Shown: positions 11,835-25,463 of the stretch, piece by piece
How the letters are laid out: each line of letters starts with the position of its first letter
Position numbering within the stretch: position 1 is the first letter of the stretch
Made by a program: the position numbers and the translations under genes
Origin: Octopus bimaculoides
Lineage: Eukaryota
NCBI RefSeq assembly: GCF_001194135.2
Contig: NC_068990.1
Coordinates: 24,487,171-24,551,170 of the forward strand
Reading direction: 5' to 3'
DNA length: 64,000 bases
The notes under the pieces: generated by a model
Seen by the model: the letters and a program-made list of their open reading frames with translations, nothing else
Databases searched by the model: none
Told to the model about the DNA's origin: nothing

Positions 11835-12030
11835 GGGGCTGCAGTTTTTGAGGGTAGGCGTAGGTCGATTACATCGACCCCCAGTACTTCGCTGGTATTC
11901 ATTTTATCGATCCCGAAAGGATGAAAGAATAAATCGACCGCTACAAAATTTGAATTCAGAACGTAAAAATGGATGAAATGCCGCTTAGCATTTTGCCCGG
12001 CGTGTTAATGGCTCTGCTAGCTCACTGCCT
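11835..12030 (-). mobile_element. SINE family A
   Basis: Reverse complement of central domain and head (atcgatcccgaaaggatgaaag...ctagctcactgcct). Confidence 0.85.
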
Positions 12031-12084
12031 TGAACTATACAAATTATCATTTCTTTTATACGTCAAAGCCTGAAATTTTCTCGT

Positions 12085-12266
12085 GGGGTGGGGGAGGCTA
12101 ATTGATTATATTGACCCTAGTACTTTACTGGTACTTATATATCGACCCTGAAAGGATGAAAGGTAAAATCGACCTCGGCGACATTTGAACTTAGAACGCA
12201 AAGACAGACGAAATGCAGCTAAGATGTTGCCCGACCTGTTAACGGCTCTGTCTGCTCGCCGCCTTG
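12085..12266 (-). mobile_element. SINE family A, tandem with the previous copy
   Basis: tcgaccctgaaaggatgaaaggtaaaatcgacctcggcg...ctcgccgccttg. Confidence 0.85.
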
Positions 12267-14103
12267 AATGTTCAAATAATACAAGTTATTTAACCCAGCT
12301 CGTCATTGTCCCAGCTTATTTGGCCTCTTCGTCATCATAAATACATAACATAGACGAGAGTGGCCTTTTAAAAACTGACATATATGAAAAAAATTAATTC
12401 TTCATTACAGACCAATACATTCTGTTGCCACTATATAGAACAATAAACTGCACTTACAGTATCTTATATATTTTATAAGATGAGATACCTGAACAGCGTG
12501 TTATACTATTCATGACAATAGGTACAATTTAGAGCTTGTGTGAGAATACTAGTGTTCAACATTCGATCGATTTACAGACACTAAAATATGTACCTGTTTA
12601 TATTGTTAAAAAATTACATCAACTATATCTGACAAGATATTTCAGTGTCAAGATTCTCTCCTCTAAATGATTTCTTACTTTACATACAACATAAAGTCAA
12701 TCGATAAATGTTGATATTGAATGTAATTACATTAGAATTTTTAATGTGTCGTTGAAAATATATTTGAGTACAAATATCATATTGAAACATGGAGCAATAT
12801 TTCAAACACAAACTAATGGTAACTGTAATTTATTTGTCAGCAGATTTAATCCCAAACCATATTTAATGCTATCAGTTGGCTATTCGGTATCTTTAACAAA
12901 TTCCTCTCTGTTCTGAATAATCGGACATTACCTCTGATCTAAGAATAACTTTTTTTTATCTCAGCTATCGCGGAAATTTTGGAAAAGGTCACGGGTGGTA
13001 CTCATTCCCATTAAAAGAAAAACAAAGTAGGGAAGCAACTTAAAGCACATTCACTTTTGGATATAGTTTTTATGGTAGCACTATCCGTTTTCGAGAGATA
13101 TTTCTTTGCTTCATAGATACCTTTTTTAAAAAATTCTATGCTTTTTAGCTATAACTTTAATATGATTTTGCTTCAATTAAGTAGATGTAGACGTAATGGA
13201 TATATTATGCTAATGTTTCGCTCTTGCTACTTGTTCACTGATTCAAAGGCAACGTTTATACTTATAACGCTGTTAACACCACCGGACTGAATGATACTGA
13301 CCAGATGTCGAAACCATTGTGATAGTTGCTAGGCAGCTGATGATGGGAATATATGTTTGACATGTTTGCTGTCAGTAATTGTTTCAAATGTTAGTGTCAT
13401 GTTATTTTGAATTGTTCTTCATTCTCGTAACATTGAACTAGTTAAAGGGTTCATGTTTATTGTGGTTTTGTCATTTGTATTATTACATATATTTATATTG
13501 TATGATTGTCTTCATTGATAATCGTATTTTGTTACGATAATACATAATTAAGGAGTTCAAGATTTGAGAGTTTGTTCAGCTTATACCTTGTCACGAGAGA
13601 GTGACATTTTATTATATTTCCTATGTAAACATGAAGCTTGAAAATTTAAGGCAATGATAAAATGCAGTTTGTGATTACCATGGCTTTTGAAAGAACTTTA
13701 TCAAATACAGTCACTGGAAACACATTCAAGTAGGAATCGAAACTTGATCGATAAGTTACAATAACGGGCATGGGATTCTTATTCAACAGCACACTCCATT
13801 GGAAATACTATCTAATTTAACATTCCATAAATATGTTAATTATCTTTCTACAAAAAAAAAAAATCAATATCATCGTGAAATTGAACATAGTGTTTTAATA
13901 ACTTCATATCGAATATCAACATAAAGATTTTTATTCCAGTAAAATTTCATTCCTAGCTGAGATTCTGATTCAATTAAGATATCACTTTTTCGTGCCTAAT
14001 TTATATTTAGGTTGTCTATGGACATAAAAATATACATATCTGAATATGATCATATCTATATGGGTGTGTATCTGTATTTATGTATGTATACATAAGCATA
14101 TAA

Positions 14104-14134
<31 letters not shown>

Positions 14135-14372
14135 NNNNNNNNNNNNNNNNNNNNNNNNNNNNNNNNNNNNNNNNNNNNNNNNNNNNNNNNNNNNNNNNNN
14201 NNNNNNNNNNNNNNNNNNNNNNNNNNNNNNNNNNNNNNNNNNNNNNNNNNNNNNNNNNNNNNNNNNNNNNNNNNNNNNNNNNNNNNNNNNNNNNNNNNNN
14301 NNNNNNNNNNNNNNNNNNNNNNNNNNNNNNNNNNNNNNNNNNNNNNNNNNNNNNNNNNNNNNNNNNNNNNNN

Positions 14373-14413
<41 letters not shown>

Positions 14414-14414
14414 A

Positions 14415-14655
14415 CAATCAGATAGCGGCAATGACCGAGACCTTTGGAATTATGTCGAACAAAATCGCAATCGTGGCAGACACTGGTGTCACGCAAATGG
14501 CACCCGTACCGGTAGCACTCTCGGAGTGGTTGGCGTTAGGAAGGGCATCCAGCCGTAGAAAACCACACCAGATCAGACTGAAGTTTGGTGCAGTCTTCCT
14601 GCTTACCAGCCCTGGTCAAACTGTCCAACCCAACGGACGTTAAATGATAATAATG
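14415..14655 (+). mobile_element. RTE-type LINE or RTE-tailed SINE 3' end
   Basis: Motif cactctcggagtggttggcgttaggaagggcatccagccgtagaaaacc ... ggacgttaaatgataataat, recalled as an RTE-associated 3' UTR ending in short tandem repeats. Confidence 0.6.
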
Positions 14656-15891
14656 GCGAGGCTGCTGCTGATGATATATATTAATGCTAGCTTAGAGGGA
14701 CATGTTATCCGGGCGGATACCGTGGCAGCTCTCAGTTGTGTTTCTAGGTTACGATTAACCCCGTCGATTAGTATTTAACGTTTATAACTACTAAGAGTTG
14801 TCACTCACACTAAATTCCTCCGATCGGTGAGAAAAGATGGAAACTCATGTCCAAGACTCCACAACTACATGCCATTTTTCTTAACTAACCTACAATATAT
14901 TCCTTTCCCTTTCCACTGTCCAGCATAATGAACACCACAGCCACGAAAATATCTGAATCGTTAAGACCATAATACAGAAATGGACCACCCTAAAATAAAA
15001 TACATTACAAGAACTATACATGAAAGTAAGCTTATTAAGTACCCATCTGCTACAATACAAAAATAAACTTGCCAAAACAGTAACATAAACTCTGACCTAA
15101 CTAAACAGAATCCTAACTTCAGCCAGCATCTGGTGTGAAACCGAGGTCACCACACTAGTTTACAAACAGCTAAGATTTCAGATTGAAAACAGCCTCCCGC
15201 CACTTCCCCTTAAACCCTAACCAATAAACAACTAACTGAAATTCACTTCTTTTCGAACCAAGCTGCACAGAAAATTAAACCCGGTTGCTTACGCAAGTGA
15301 CCATACTCTGTACAGTGGAAAAAAGTGTAGGTCGTCATAACCATAAAATATGGTGTATGATATTGTAGAATAAAAGGAAATAAAAGTTGAGGATGTTACA
15401 GTCTCCATATTCTCTATCGTTATAATTCGAAGTTTTGCCGCCTTCGGCGTATTCTCCAAGTAAGAAGGCATAATTTGAAGTCGTAATTCGCTATATTTGT
15501 ATAATACATATATAAATATATATAACACACAGATACACGCACACACAACACACTTGTACGTACATACAGTTATAACACATGCACACACACACGCACACAC
15601 ACACGCACACACACACGCACACACACACACACTTAATTACACTTTGTTTCAAGCTTCATGCGTGCAACATAAAGTAAATAATAAATAGTCTTAGCAAGGT
15701 ATTTTTCAATGTCTTCAACATATCTACATATCAAATATAAATTACTTGTGTGTGAGTAACACTATAGGGTTATCTTGTATAGAGTTAACTCTATACACAA
15801 TAAAAGCAATATCTGATGCAAAATATAATAGAAACAAGCACCATTTTGATTCATAGTATTAACATACATACAACTTTGTAGGTTTCTACAA

Positions 15892-15932
<41 letters not shown>

Positions 15933-16039
15933 CTTGATCACACATGTATACATGTCTACATATGTATGTATGAATGTGTGTGTGTATATATATAATATAC
16001 ATACATACATACATACATACATTCATACAATATATATAT

Positions 16040-16204
16040 AGGCGCAAGCTTGGCTGGATCATAAGAAGTTTGTTTCCCAAGCACATGGTTCCAGGTTCAG
16101 TCCCACTACGTGGTATCTTGTCCAAAGATCTTCTATAGCCTCGGGTTCAACAAAGCCTTGTGTGTCGATTTGGTAAACGAAAACTGGAAGAAGCCTGTCG
16201 TATA
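16040..16204 (+). mobile_element. SINE family B, 5' half
   Basis: aggcgcaag..ggttccaggttcagtcccactacgtggtatcttg..tatagcctcggg..gaagaagcctgtcgtata. Confidence 0.85.
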
Positions 16205-16274
16205 GCAGCAGTCTAACGAGTAGAACAAGTAAAAGGATATAGATATGTATATGTGTGTGCGCGCGCGTACGTGT

Positions 16275-16319
<45 letters not shown>

Positions 16320-16320
16320 A

Positions 16321-17840
16321 CCGTATTCACCTTTCAATCCGCTTTCCCCTTTCCGGTTTTCACTGGGACATTCCACGTGTACTCCTTATTATGAGTGGCT
16401 ATGCTTCTATCATATCACCTATTTCCTCGGTGTTATCCTTCCGATGGATCTCATTATACAATGTCCTAGCTACAACATCGTCTCTCATCGATAAATAGCA
16501 CCGTGATGACATTTTCAGACAACTGCTTATGATGTGGGATATCATCGGTGTTAACTCCATAAAGTCTGCATCGGTTATCACATTTTACTGCTTTTCCTGC
16601 GTTTCTGTCCTTTTTGCGCCTCAGATATTCGTTGATATTTCCTATTCCTGGATTGCAAATGCATATCCTTCAAAGTGAGAGACAGTAATCTGGTTATTGA
16701 TCCATGATAGAGATTGCTTTAATAATTAATGTTACTATCAACCCGGACCTTTCTACTAACATATCAATGCATGGTCTTCTGCTAATATACGTTCATTCTT
16801 TCATTTGATGATATGTTGCAGTAGAGTCGTGCGACTATTTTGGGCATGTATTTGAGGTTATCAGACAAGGAATGCTGCTCACGGAGCTGCTTTCAAAGTC
16901 TCATAATGTTATTAGCCTCATGTATGTAAATTTGGTCAAGGGATGCACTTCGATACTTGGTGGTTAAAAGAAGTTGTCGAAGGGATATGATACGACTTCA
17001 AAGGCAGTCTGGAGCGATGTTAAACCTCCACTCCCTTGTTTTTTGTTTCAGATAGAAGCGGTCTACGACACTGTTGATGTGTAAATTATATGTGTTGGCT
17101 AGTATCTTCTAGGTTTTCACAATGGCTCGGATTTCATCAAGCGTCCTATCAAGCGGCCAAATGTTGGTATTAGTACAAGTGTCATCGAAAGATATGTTTT
17201 CATCCACCCCTAGACACATGTAAGATTCTTCATCAGATATAGGGAAAACAGTTAAGCTATTAATGGAGATGTTGTTAGTCTGGTTTACAATGTCCCCTCT
17301 TTCCACAACCATATTGCAACATTTATCTTGATCAAACGCCAATCCTATATCCTTTGAAAATGTTGTAACCAGTTCAAGGCTGTTTTTCATCTCATGTATA
17401 ATCTTGGCATATAGTTTCAAGTCATCCATAACGAAACAGTGTGTAATTTCGGTATGTTTTTTTGTTTTTGTTCTTTTCGTGAACCTGTGAGGTATCCTTC
17501 AGACTTCTTTGACATGAATGACAAGTGGTTTACAGAAAGTATAAACAACATCACAGACAGGCTGTCCCCTCGGAATATACCTCTGCGACACTATATTCTA
17601 TCAATGATAATACAATCACCTTTTGCATTTAATTTCATGATAGTGGCCCACGACGAGGTCAACCATGGCTTTGACTATACTCAGTAGAACTTTAATAAGT
17701 CGAAGGATTTCAAGCATCCATGAGTGGGGAACATAGCCAAGGGTATTTTTGTAGTCTAACCACATTGAAATTAGGTTCCTTCTCTGCTCCCACCCTCTGA
17801 CATTACAGTTTTGTTTATTAACAATTGCTCGACTTATCCC
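16321..17840 (-). mobile_element. Decayed R4/Dong-like non-LTR retrotransposon (RT, thumb, zinc-knuckle region)
   Basis: Minus translation across frameshifts gives EQLLINKTVM, MWLDYKNTLGYVPHSW, RRGIFRGDSLSVMLF, MDDLKLYAK, FDQDKC, YMCLGVDEN, VDRFYL and ISHIISSC...YLSMRDDVVA. This is the typical R4/Dong motif order. Confidence 0.88.
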
Positions 17841-18603
17841 AAGACTATGTATGTATGTATGTCTGGCGTGTCCAACATTTCACTTAAATACCATTTGTTT
17901 TGATTGTCGTCTGTTTTAATCATTTATCGTAAAAATGACAATTGAGAAACATAAAGAAATTATATATTGTAATGAAATTTTAGTCGCGATTGTTTTACCT
18001 GTTAAATACATATTTATTTCCTGTATGAAACAGATAAAACGTAGAGACATACAAAATTTATAATATCACAAACTCAACATTATTTCGATTGTGTGAAATG
18101 AAATAGCGTCTAGACAGGAAACGAAAATCTTTAGTTTGGTGTGGTAACTTTTCATTTTTATTTAGAACAACTGCGGTATCTTTCAATGTTTAATAGAATA
18201 TAAATATAATATATGGACAGAGAATTAAAAAAGTAAGCTTTTACATTTGTATTTATAGAAAGAATATTATAGAAAACACTAGATTACTAAGAAACCTGCT
18301 GCCATTTTAAGTTTCATTCGAAAATTAGTAGGAAATGACTCAATTGATTTGGTATCTGATGAAAAATATTCTGTTCATGATTCAACAGGAAATTATATAA
18401 AGTAATCTGAACACGTGATATACCCTGGCGGCAGTTATTATAAGGTAAAAACCACTTCCAAATTAATCATGGCAAGCTAGAATTTTGAATTTTAAATCGA
18501 AGAGTAACAAACAATATCGAATTTACATATTTAAAAAGCTTTTGTTTTCCACTCTCATAAATCCTGTGGTCATAGGAAGCCGTGTATAGTGCCATTTCAT
18601 AGT

Positions 18604-19520
18604 ATTAGGGGAACCCGAAAGTAATCCGCACTTTCACCAAAACTTTCTTTCGATTGGCTGCGCTGTCTTCAGCACCACGTGTTGAACAGTAATACTTTTG
18701 CAGTTACGTAACCGATGGTTGCCGTTGATTGAACCACTTTTATTTCTTGTGTTACAGAGTAAAGATGGCAGATCTACTGGCAGTGTACACGAAGGAACAG
18801 CAGAGATCAGTGGTTCGATTTCTCTGATCTGAAGGTATGTCAGGGACTGAAATTCATTGGAGGCTTTCGATACAATACGGCGATTTTGCTCAACCGCGTA
18901 GTAATGCATACGAGATGATCAAGAAGTTTGAAACTGGCCGAAAATGCTTGAAGCACAAAGAGGAAGCCGGACGCCAATCATACTCAACCGTTCAACAAAC
19001 TCGAATGATGGTTCTTGTGAACTGACGCGTGAACATCGACAAGGTGTCATGTTTTCTGAAAATTAGTCATGGTTCTGCATACGAAATCAAACACAAGTTT
19101 TTTTTTTTCCGTGAAGTCTGTGTGAGATGAGTTCCAGGCGAGCTTGTCGAAGCCCATTAGAGCAATCTTGTTGAGATTTCTCAACGTTTACTCTACTGCT
19201 ACAACGATGAAGATGAAGCTATGACAGAAGGAATGGGTCAATAACTTTGAGCTAGAGTCCAAATGGCAGAGTATGGAGTGGAAACACTCAGAATCACCAG
19301 CGAAAACAGAAATTCAAGTTTAAATCTTCTGCAGAAAAAACTTATGCTAAATAAGTTTTTGGACACAAAAGAGTCTATACTGGAACTTTGCCTGGAATCT
19401 ATATGATATGTTTGACTAATTAAATGCATTTTACAATACAACTTTTAAGATTATTCACAAAATATCTTTCAACTACATTCCAGAGCCCTGATCTTCCACG
19501 TGATATTTTTTACTTATTTT
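18604..19520 (+). mobile_element. Decayed mariner transposon A: left TIR remnant plus transposase pseudogene from ATG 18765
   Basis: MADLLAVYTKEQQRSVVRFL*SEGMSGTEIHWRLSIQYGD..RSNAYEMIKKFETGR..AGR, VCVR*VPGEL (WVPxEL), ESKWQSMEWKH, and FQSPDLPRDIFYLF (YSPDL-like). There are stops and deletions. Confidence 0.9.
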
Positions 19521-19701
19521 ATATCGTTCCTCTTGTGAGCAATATTGTTGTTTATCTTAAGCCTCCAATAACTATTAGCTTGGGTCATTTACAGGTTAAC
19601 TCCATTTCCCTCGGTCAAACTGAAGAGCACATGTGTGTACCACTAATGATGTGTGTGTCTACATATATGTGTGTGTGTATATGTATGTGTATGCGCGTAT
19701 G

Positions 19702-19739
<38 letters not shown>

Positions 19740-20856
19740 TACATATAGATACCTATTTATACATATATATGTGTGCGTTTATGTTTGTATATGTGTGTTC
19801 GACCTGACACTTTACCCTACCCTAATTAGTGTCAATATATCATTTATGTCGCAGAACATTATTTCTGCAACTGGAATATTTTTCCTGCTCGTAATTAAAT
19901 ATTAAATTTTCCGCGATGCCATAATCTTGTACCCGTTCCATTCAACTCTTATTGTTTACTCTTATCGCCACATCTCTAAACATAAAAAGACTCATTAACA
20001 GTACACCATTTGCTATTTATTATTAATCTGGTAGAAACATTAGCAGATTTGATTTCTTCCTAATCTCACTGGAGTTGCTTTTGCCTTTTCTCTCTCCAAT
20101 GTTGTGTTTATTCTCGACGTAAGCCCTGACGAAAAAGATGTGTCATGAAAAAAATTCTGGCTATGACAGTCCCATGTATTTGGGGTTAGTATCTCACACT
20201 ACATTTCCCAATTTATGTCATTACCTTTTTTTGTTCGATTTGAGAGAGATGCAACTATTAATTCTAGTAGTTGAGTGATCAAGTAAAGTCTCCTTCGTTT
20301 TTCTGCAAGCGCAAAACATGAACTTTAATGGATTGTTTTTTTTTTTTCATCTTCTCCAAATATATGATTTTGTACCAATAATCGAAAACAAGAGAGACGA
20401 ACTTTCAGAAAAGCCTTAAAGAGATAGTAGAGCTTCAATTCTCAGACTTCCGCTTGTTTCATCAACTTTGCATTTCATAATTACTGGTTATGTATTAGTG
20501 TGATTAAATCTCTTATACTTTTCTCTTGCATACTTGGTGACTTCTCGCTAATGCAGATCGCTATTTAAATTTAGAAAGCAGCAATTAGCTAGAACCAGTA
20601 AGGTGTGAGACTAAAATCCTGTCAGCAAATCGATTCCATAGAGTGTTCCCTTTGCTTACAAAATGTGGGAATTTTAACATTGCAAGAAAATGTTTCAACT
20701 TTAGGATACATACAAGTTCATTCCAGAGGGACAATTCGCACTTTATGAGTATTATTATAAGTACACTCTATAAATTTCAAGAGCATCATTCACTAATTTA
20801 TTTCATAATTAGTGAAAGTGTCTATGCATTGTGATTGATTATTATAATATAGCAGA

Positions 20857-21265
20857 AGAGTGCGGTGAGCTGGAAGAATCGTTACATAGTTGCATAAAAT
20901 GCTTTGTGGTGTTTCTTCCTAACCATTACTTTCTGAGATTGCATCTGCTTTTTATTCATTGGAAGTTGATAAAATAATGTACCAGCTGAATACTAAGGTC
21001 GATGTAATTCGCCCCATCCGCCAAAATTAGGATTATTAGTGTTTTAATTGAGGCAGCGATCTGGCAGAAATGTCTAACACACCGAGCAAAATGCTCAGGG
21101 ACATTTCATTAGTATTTACGTTCTGAATTCACATTCCGCCGAGGTCGACTTTGATTCCATTCTTTGGAGTTGATAAAATAAGTACCATTTGAATACTAGA
21201 ATTGATGTAATCGACATACCCACTGACCTAAAATTGCGGGCCTTGTGCCAAAATTAGGAAGAATT
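20857..21265 (+). mobile_element. Two tandem SINE family A copies (about 20857-21025 and 21048-21265)
   Basis: Repeated head/B-box/central-domain motifs. The second copy has cattccgccgaggtcgactttg..gataaaataagtacc. Confidence 0.8.
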
Positions 21266-23073
21266 ATATTACCACTGAAAGCAGTTACCTTAAATCCCTG
21301 ATGCAGCTGGATACACCCATGGTTAAATGTATTTAATTTTCTTTTAGATTTTCTTTCGTTATTTTTTCACAACGATTATGGATATAAACAAACCAAAGTC
21401 GGAGCCCCTATAGCAATGTTTCCATTTTTTTTGCATCTTTTGGTGCAATGGAGGTTTATCAAAGAATTTATTGGTGCATTTTACATGTTTTAAGGATAAA
21501 AATATAGAACAAAATATAGAAAACATTTGATTACCTTGTTTTATTTACCATCTTGTACATTATAAAATTAGAAAAACACCTACTTAAGAAACAAATTAAG
21601 AGCTGATTATTTACCTAACTATTATGTATGAACTTTCATAAGTTGTTTAAACTAACTCATATCAGGCCAATAATCCCAAAAGACAAGACAGGTAGTCAGA
21701 AGAGAGAGCGTGGGGATAGACAGATCAATAATTGTTTCTGTCAAAATAAAAATACAAAAAAAAAAAAACGTTGAATAGCAATTTGTATTCGCCCTTTATT
21801 GACAGTTACTGGAATCACATTCTACTTTACAATGCGCTGAAAAATTTATGAAGTCTTCATCAAATAATCGTACATTTGAAACACAAAGCAGAACTATTGT
21901 GTATAAATATTCCAGACGGAAATATTCCAATAAATTGGTTTCTATTTTTATGTAGATTTGGGAACTAAATTTTGCATCCTTTATTATTCAAATATTCGAT
22001 AGCTATTTGCTAAAGTCTATTTCAGCAAGAAATAATATGATAACCTGTAATTTTTACTCTTTGCGTTATATAGAAATACGCTAGAAATGTCACCAGTGTT
22101 AGTGATCTACTAGTTTAATATGAATATTTAAGCAGATTGAAGAGTGGAATTTGTCGAAGAAATTGTTTTGCATGTGTAATAGTTGAGCCTCAAACTATTA
22201 CTTTCTATAATGAAGGCGTCCATATGAACAGCTTCTTTGTCTCTATCATTCCGATAACTAAGTACTACAAACATCTGTACGAACATATATATAATCTATA
22301 AACATTTTGGTATTGATGACGATATAGCATACAATGATACTATGAACAAAGACAAGGTAAGCAATGTATATTGAAAAATCTTTAAAGAAGAACAGAAGTC
22401 GAATAGTTGATTAGATTGATGCAGTGTGCTCGATTAACATTAAAATTTGTGAGAGTCAAAAACAATCCTTAAGGATTTGCACAGAAAGCGTCACTGTGTA
22501 ATTTATTTTAGAAGCGAATACGAAGAAGCTCAGAATGAATCCAGACAGCTTTTAGGTGTCGTATACCATCAGACATGCTGCACATTTAAAAAAACAGAAA
22601 AGCAAAAGCATCAACTTTTTTTTACATGCTAGGCCACTGGTAGTATAACTTTGTATAGTTTTTCTACCCTTTATATATATATACTCAAGTATTTGATATT
22701 AGCATTTCAAAGTTCGTTTCGGCATTTTTCATTTTCTGCCGACTGAAACTGCGTCTGCGCAGTGGATTTTGAAAAAATTATAATGTAATCCTTGACGACT
22801 GGTTACTGAAGAGAATTTGGCTAGTATTTTTTTTTATTTACTAAAAAATTCGAAACCAATAGGACGAACAGTTAAAAATAAGGTAAATTCTTTTAGTTTT
22901 TCTTCCCTTTGAAATGTTTTAACTTTGTGGTTTTCGGTCGTTTGAGTGTCTTCTACCGTGTAGAAGTTACCTGTTATAGGTAATTTCTCTTATATTTTAT
23001 ATTGAATATGTTGTCTATTGACTTTTTTACATGCTAGGCCACTGGTAGTATAACTTTGTATAGTTTATCTACC

Positions 23074-23104
<31 letters not shown>

Positions 23105-23107
<3 letters not shown>

Positions 23108-23310
23108 GAGAATTCATGAAAAAGCAACAGACGGAGACAGGTGGTGTAAACAACAAATGGATGTATTAGTATAACGCTCGGGAATAGAGAAAGTCTTTAG
23201 CGTTTCCAGCCTACGCTCTTAAACAGAAAAGAACACTGGAAGAAATAAGGAGAGAAACAAGGAGAGAAGAAAAGGAGAGAAAAAATGCGTGTAGTGGTCA
23301 GCGATCTATC
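23105..23310 (-). mobile_element. Penelope-like 3' tail fragment, same family as 46720-46922
   Basis: Reverse complement ctgtttaagagcgtaggctggaaacgctaaagactttctctattcccgagcgttatactaatacatc aligns with 46805-46880. Confidence 0.7.
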
Positions 23311-24188
23311 ATATATATATATATATATATANNNNNNNNNNNNNNNNNNNNNNNNNNNNNNNNNNNNNNNNNNNNNNNNNNNNNNNGAATTCTTTGTGAC
23401 AGTGATGGTAGTGGTAATCTGTAATTGATGTCACGGTTGCTTTCCAGTTCGAATATAATATTAAGAATATGTAAACGTTCGGCTACATTTCTGTAATTAA
23501 GTTTATATTCAATTCTCTAAACCTCTTAACTACAATACAAATTTACAAAATCTCAAACGATTTTATAAATTCTATGAGATCCAAGATATTTCTTTTAAAA
23601 AAATATAACACTGTACTGTCGAATGCAATTTAGTGAATTCATAAATTTCTTTTATATTAAATGTTTCCATCTTAATATTTAAAAAGTCATTTTCGGACGT
23701 GTTGAGAAACATTAATTTTTGAAATGTTTGACAAACTGAACTTTGAACTCGTTCAAGCATCCAAATTGATGCGCATATTGCGATATATTCGTTTGGTCTG
23801 CTTTCTTTTTTATAGTGACGTACATATAATGATGTTTTGTTCTTCCAAACAACACGACTAACACAATCAGGAGAAGCAATACTTCTGTAAGATTTTCATA
23901 TTAAAATCAGACGCTTCACTGGCTGGAAATGTTTCTTACACTTTTATAACTTATTGCATGACGTATGCAAAGAAATATATTGCTGTTTTGAAAAGAAATT
24001 AATATAACATCTATTAAATACAGCCTGCACAACTTTTAAATATCTATATTTCGTTGTTTCGGCTGGTAAAAAAAAAAGAAATAATAATCAATATATTTTT
24101 CCATATTCATTTTCATGCAAAAAACAGAATATGTAGATGGTATTTTGGAGACACACATCACGGATATTATTAGCTTCTTAACACAGAT

Positions 24189-24265
<77 letters not shown>

Positions 24266-24279
24266 AGAGAGAGAGAGAA

Positions 24280-24328
<49 letters not shown>

Positions 24329-24419
24329 CTTTTGTATGTGTGGTATGCGCTTTCCAGAGCAAATAATTCAAATTGATATAGTTAGAAATAAAGAAACTTT
24401 AATATCATATAATTGTAAA

Positions 24420-24615
24420 GCATCGAGCTAGATGAATTTCTTAGCAGCATCTCTTCTAACTTTTACCTTCTGGGTTCAAATACTACCATGGATTGACTTT
24501 CCCTTTCATCCTTCCAGGGTCGATAAAATGAGTACTAGTTGAGCACTAAGGATCGATATGATCGACTTATGCCTTCTCCTGGAATTACTGACCTTGTGCC
24601 AAAATTTGAAACTAA
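24420..24615 (+). mobile_element. SINE family A
   Basis: gggttcaaatact..ctttcatccttccagggtcgataaaatgagtact..ccttgtgccaaaatttgaaac. Confidence 0.85.
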
Positions 24616-24641
24616 TATTTATTTATTGTAGTAAAATCAAA

Positions 24642-25012
24642 AACAAGAGCACTCAAAGAGCGCAAACCTCTGCCAAGGCAACACCAACGTCTTCTCAACG
24701 ATTAGCCAGAGATGATTTTTAAAATGGGAATATCTGAAATAAACTCGACTGCTCTCACAAACGAGAATATTAAAAATGAACCCGACCGCTCTCAAATATT
24801 AATTAAAAAAATCTGGAAAAATAATCCAGAATCCTCGTCCGGTACCGAATCTATGCCAAACACAAATCAGTTTGTGCTAGTCATGAGGCCAAACATCCCT
24901 AAAAGTTTCACCGGAAACCATACAGCGGTTCTTGAGATATCTTGTTCACCGTAAAACAAACAAACAAACGCGACTGGAAACAACACCTCTGCCTTCGCCA
25001 AGGCGTAGGTAA
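24642..25012 (+). mobile_element. Helentron/DINE-1-like non-autonomous element (candidate)
   Basis: Starts aacaagagc. Subterminal acctctgcc at 24666 recurs in a 3' hairpin acctctgcctt-cgcc-aaggcgtaggt (24985-25010). A short (aaac)n lies before the hairpin. No TIR pair. Confidence 0.55.
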
Positions 25013-25064
25013 TAAACGTTGAAATGTTATCAAAACAAACGTGTACAGTTGTATGCAGTATTTC

Positions 25065-25280
25065 TTATGTCAAATGAAAGCTAGAATAATATTTTTTTAA
25101 AAAATATATGAAAATTACTGAAGTTGATATTAAGCCGAGTGTCCAGCTTCGAAACCGGGACAAAATTATTCCCAAGCTGCCATTTCCATAGCAACTTGTA
25201 GAACTATTGATTTTTTCTTCCGGTTTCTTTTCGCTCTTAATTTTCTTTTTTCTTTCACATATTTCTGGTTCCCTTTTGCT
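25065..25280 (-). CDS. Candidate terminal coding exon, unidentified membrane or GPI-anchored protein
   Basis: After acceptor attttag, 71 open codons: SKREPEICERKKKIKSEKKPEEKINSSTSCYGNGSLGIILSRFRSWTLGLISTSVIFIYFLKKYYSSFHLT*. No homology recognised. Confidence 0.3.
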   Translation of the reverse strand, partial: SKREPEICERKKKIKSEKKPEEKINSSTSCYGNGSLGIILSRFRSWTLGLISTSVIFIYFLKKYYSSFHLT

Positions 25281-25463
25281 CTAAAATATTAATCACCATT
25301 TACTAAGATAACTTAGAACAGAAGTTACGACAATGGACACAGGAGTAGGCACGCACTTACACACACATGTACACACACTCATGCACACACTTCAAATTAA
25401 CTTTAGCCTATCAATCAAAATAGACGAATCATAGCAACTCAGTGAAATGTTCTGAAGATTTAC

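Noticed and set aside
15289-15489. Minus-strand open frame ELRLQIMPSYLENTPKAAK..LYRVWSL with a gtaagc donor
   Set aside because: No polypyrimidine tract and no recognisable homology, so it is left uncalled.
23826-23888. Minus-strand exon-like segment reading VLLLLIVLVVLFGRTKHHY (TM-like)
   Set aside because: Joining it to the phase-1 donor at 25475 creates TAA, and there is no other support.
24712-24954. 80-aa plus ORF
   Set aside because: It lies inside the non-coding Helentron-like repeat and shows no protein motif.
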